Of a DNA stretch of 64,000 nucleotides, positions 63,691 to 64,000 are shown piece after piece (within the stretch, counting starts at the first letter, position 1; each line of letters starts with the position of its first letter). The notes under the pieces were generated by a model. That model saw only the letters and a list, made by a program, of their open reading frames with translations, had not been told where the DNA came from and did not search any database. The stretch covers positions 159,566,754 to 159,630,753 of the forward strand of contig NC_052154.1 in assembly GCF_902713615.1 (NCBI RefSeq), given 5' to 3'. This DNA comes from Scyliorhinus canicula (lineage: Eukaryota). Both the position numbers and the translations under genes were made by a program.

Positions 63691-64000
63691 GTGAATACTA
63701 TGCCAAGTATATATAATTTCTATTCTTATTGATGCACTCAGTCAGGTATTCTATTACAATGAGCGTACAGTTCAGTGATTTTCAAACCATTTTCTGGCAA
63801 CCCACTTTTACCAAATGCTAGCCTTCGTGACCCACACCAGGCTTATTTCCTGCTTAGGTGAGCCTGTCTTCACTTTTATGCATTTATAATTTATACAATA
63901 GATCTTCCTCACTTTAAAAAAAATATTTTTATTCTCCTTTTTCACATTTTCTCCCAAATTTGCACCCACCATCAATAAACAATAATCAGGAACGAATATA

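Overview
Repeat-rich vertebrate genomic DNA, most likely from a cartilaginous fish (inferred from HE1-like tRNA SINEs, CR1 and L1 LINEs and GC-rich Harbinger-type MITEs), with a 100-N scaffold gap at 20619-20718. The one recognisable host gene is a + strand, non-rearranging Ig-superfamily gene of B7/NCR3LG1(B7-H6)/tapasin-like type. Its exons are V-set 25246-25584, C1-set 26510-26824 and TM ~33384-33476; no leader exon was found. Downstream of the TM exon, on the same strand and all in splice phase 1, lies an amplified module. It consists of 78-bp acidic spacer exons (38184, 41805, 57950, 63613, plus a half copy at 59765) alternating with an extended C1-like exon that has lost its canonical Cys residues (intact at 46314-46736, truncated at 44019). 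If these exons splice to the TM exon, the protein would carry Ig-like domains on the cytoplasmic side. A further copy of the module lies inverted on the contig left of the gap (exon 14981-15058, minus). The rest is TEs: a full-length Gypsy (9690-14490, CGCGG TSD) nested in a Harbinger element, a solo LTR of the same family, L1 and CR1 fragments, SINEs, MITEs, a hAT MITE and Penelope-like hairpins. All exon models come from splice signals and translation read by eye and are unvalidated.
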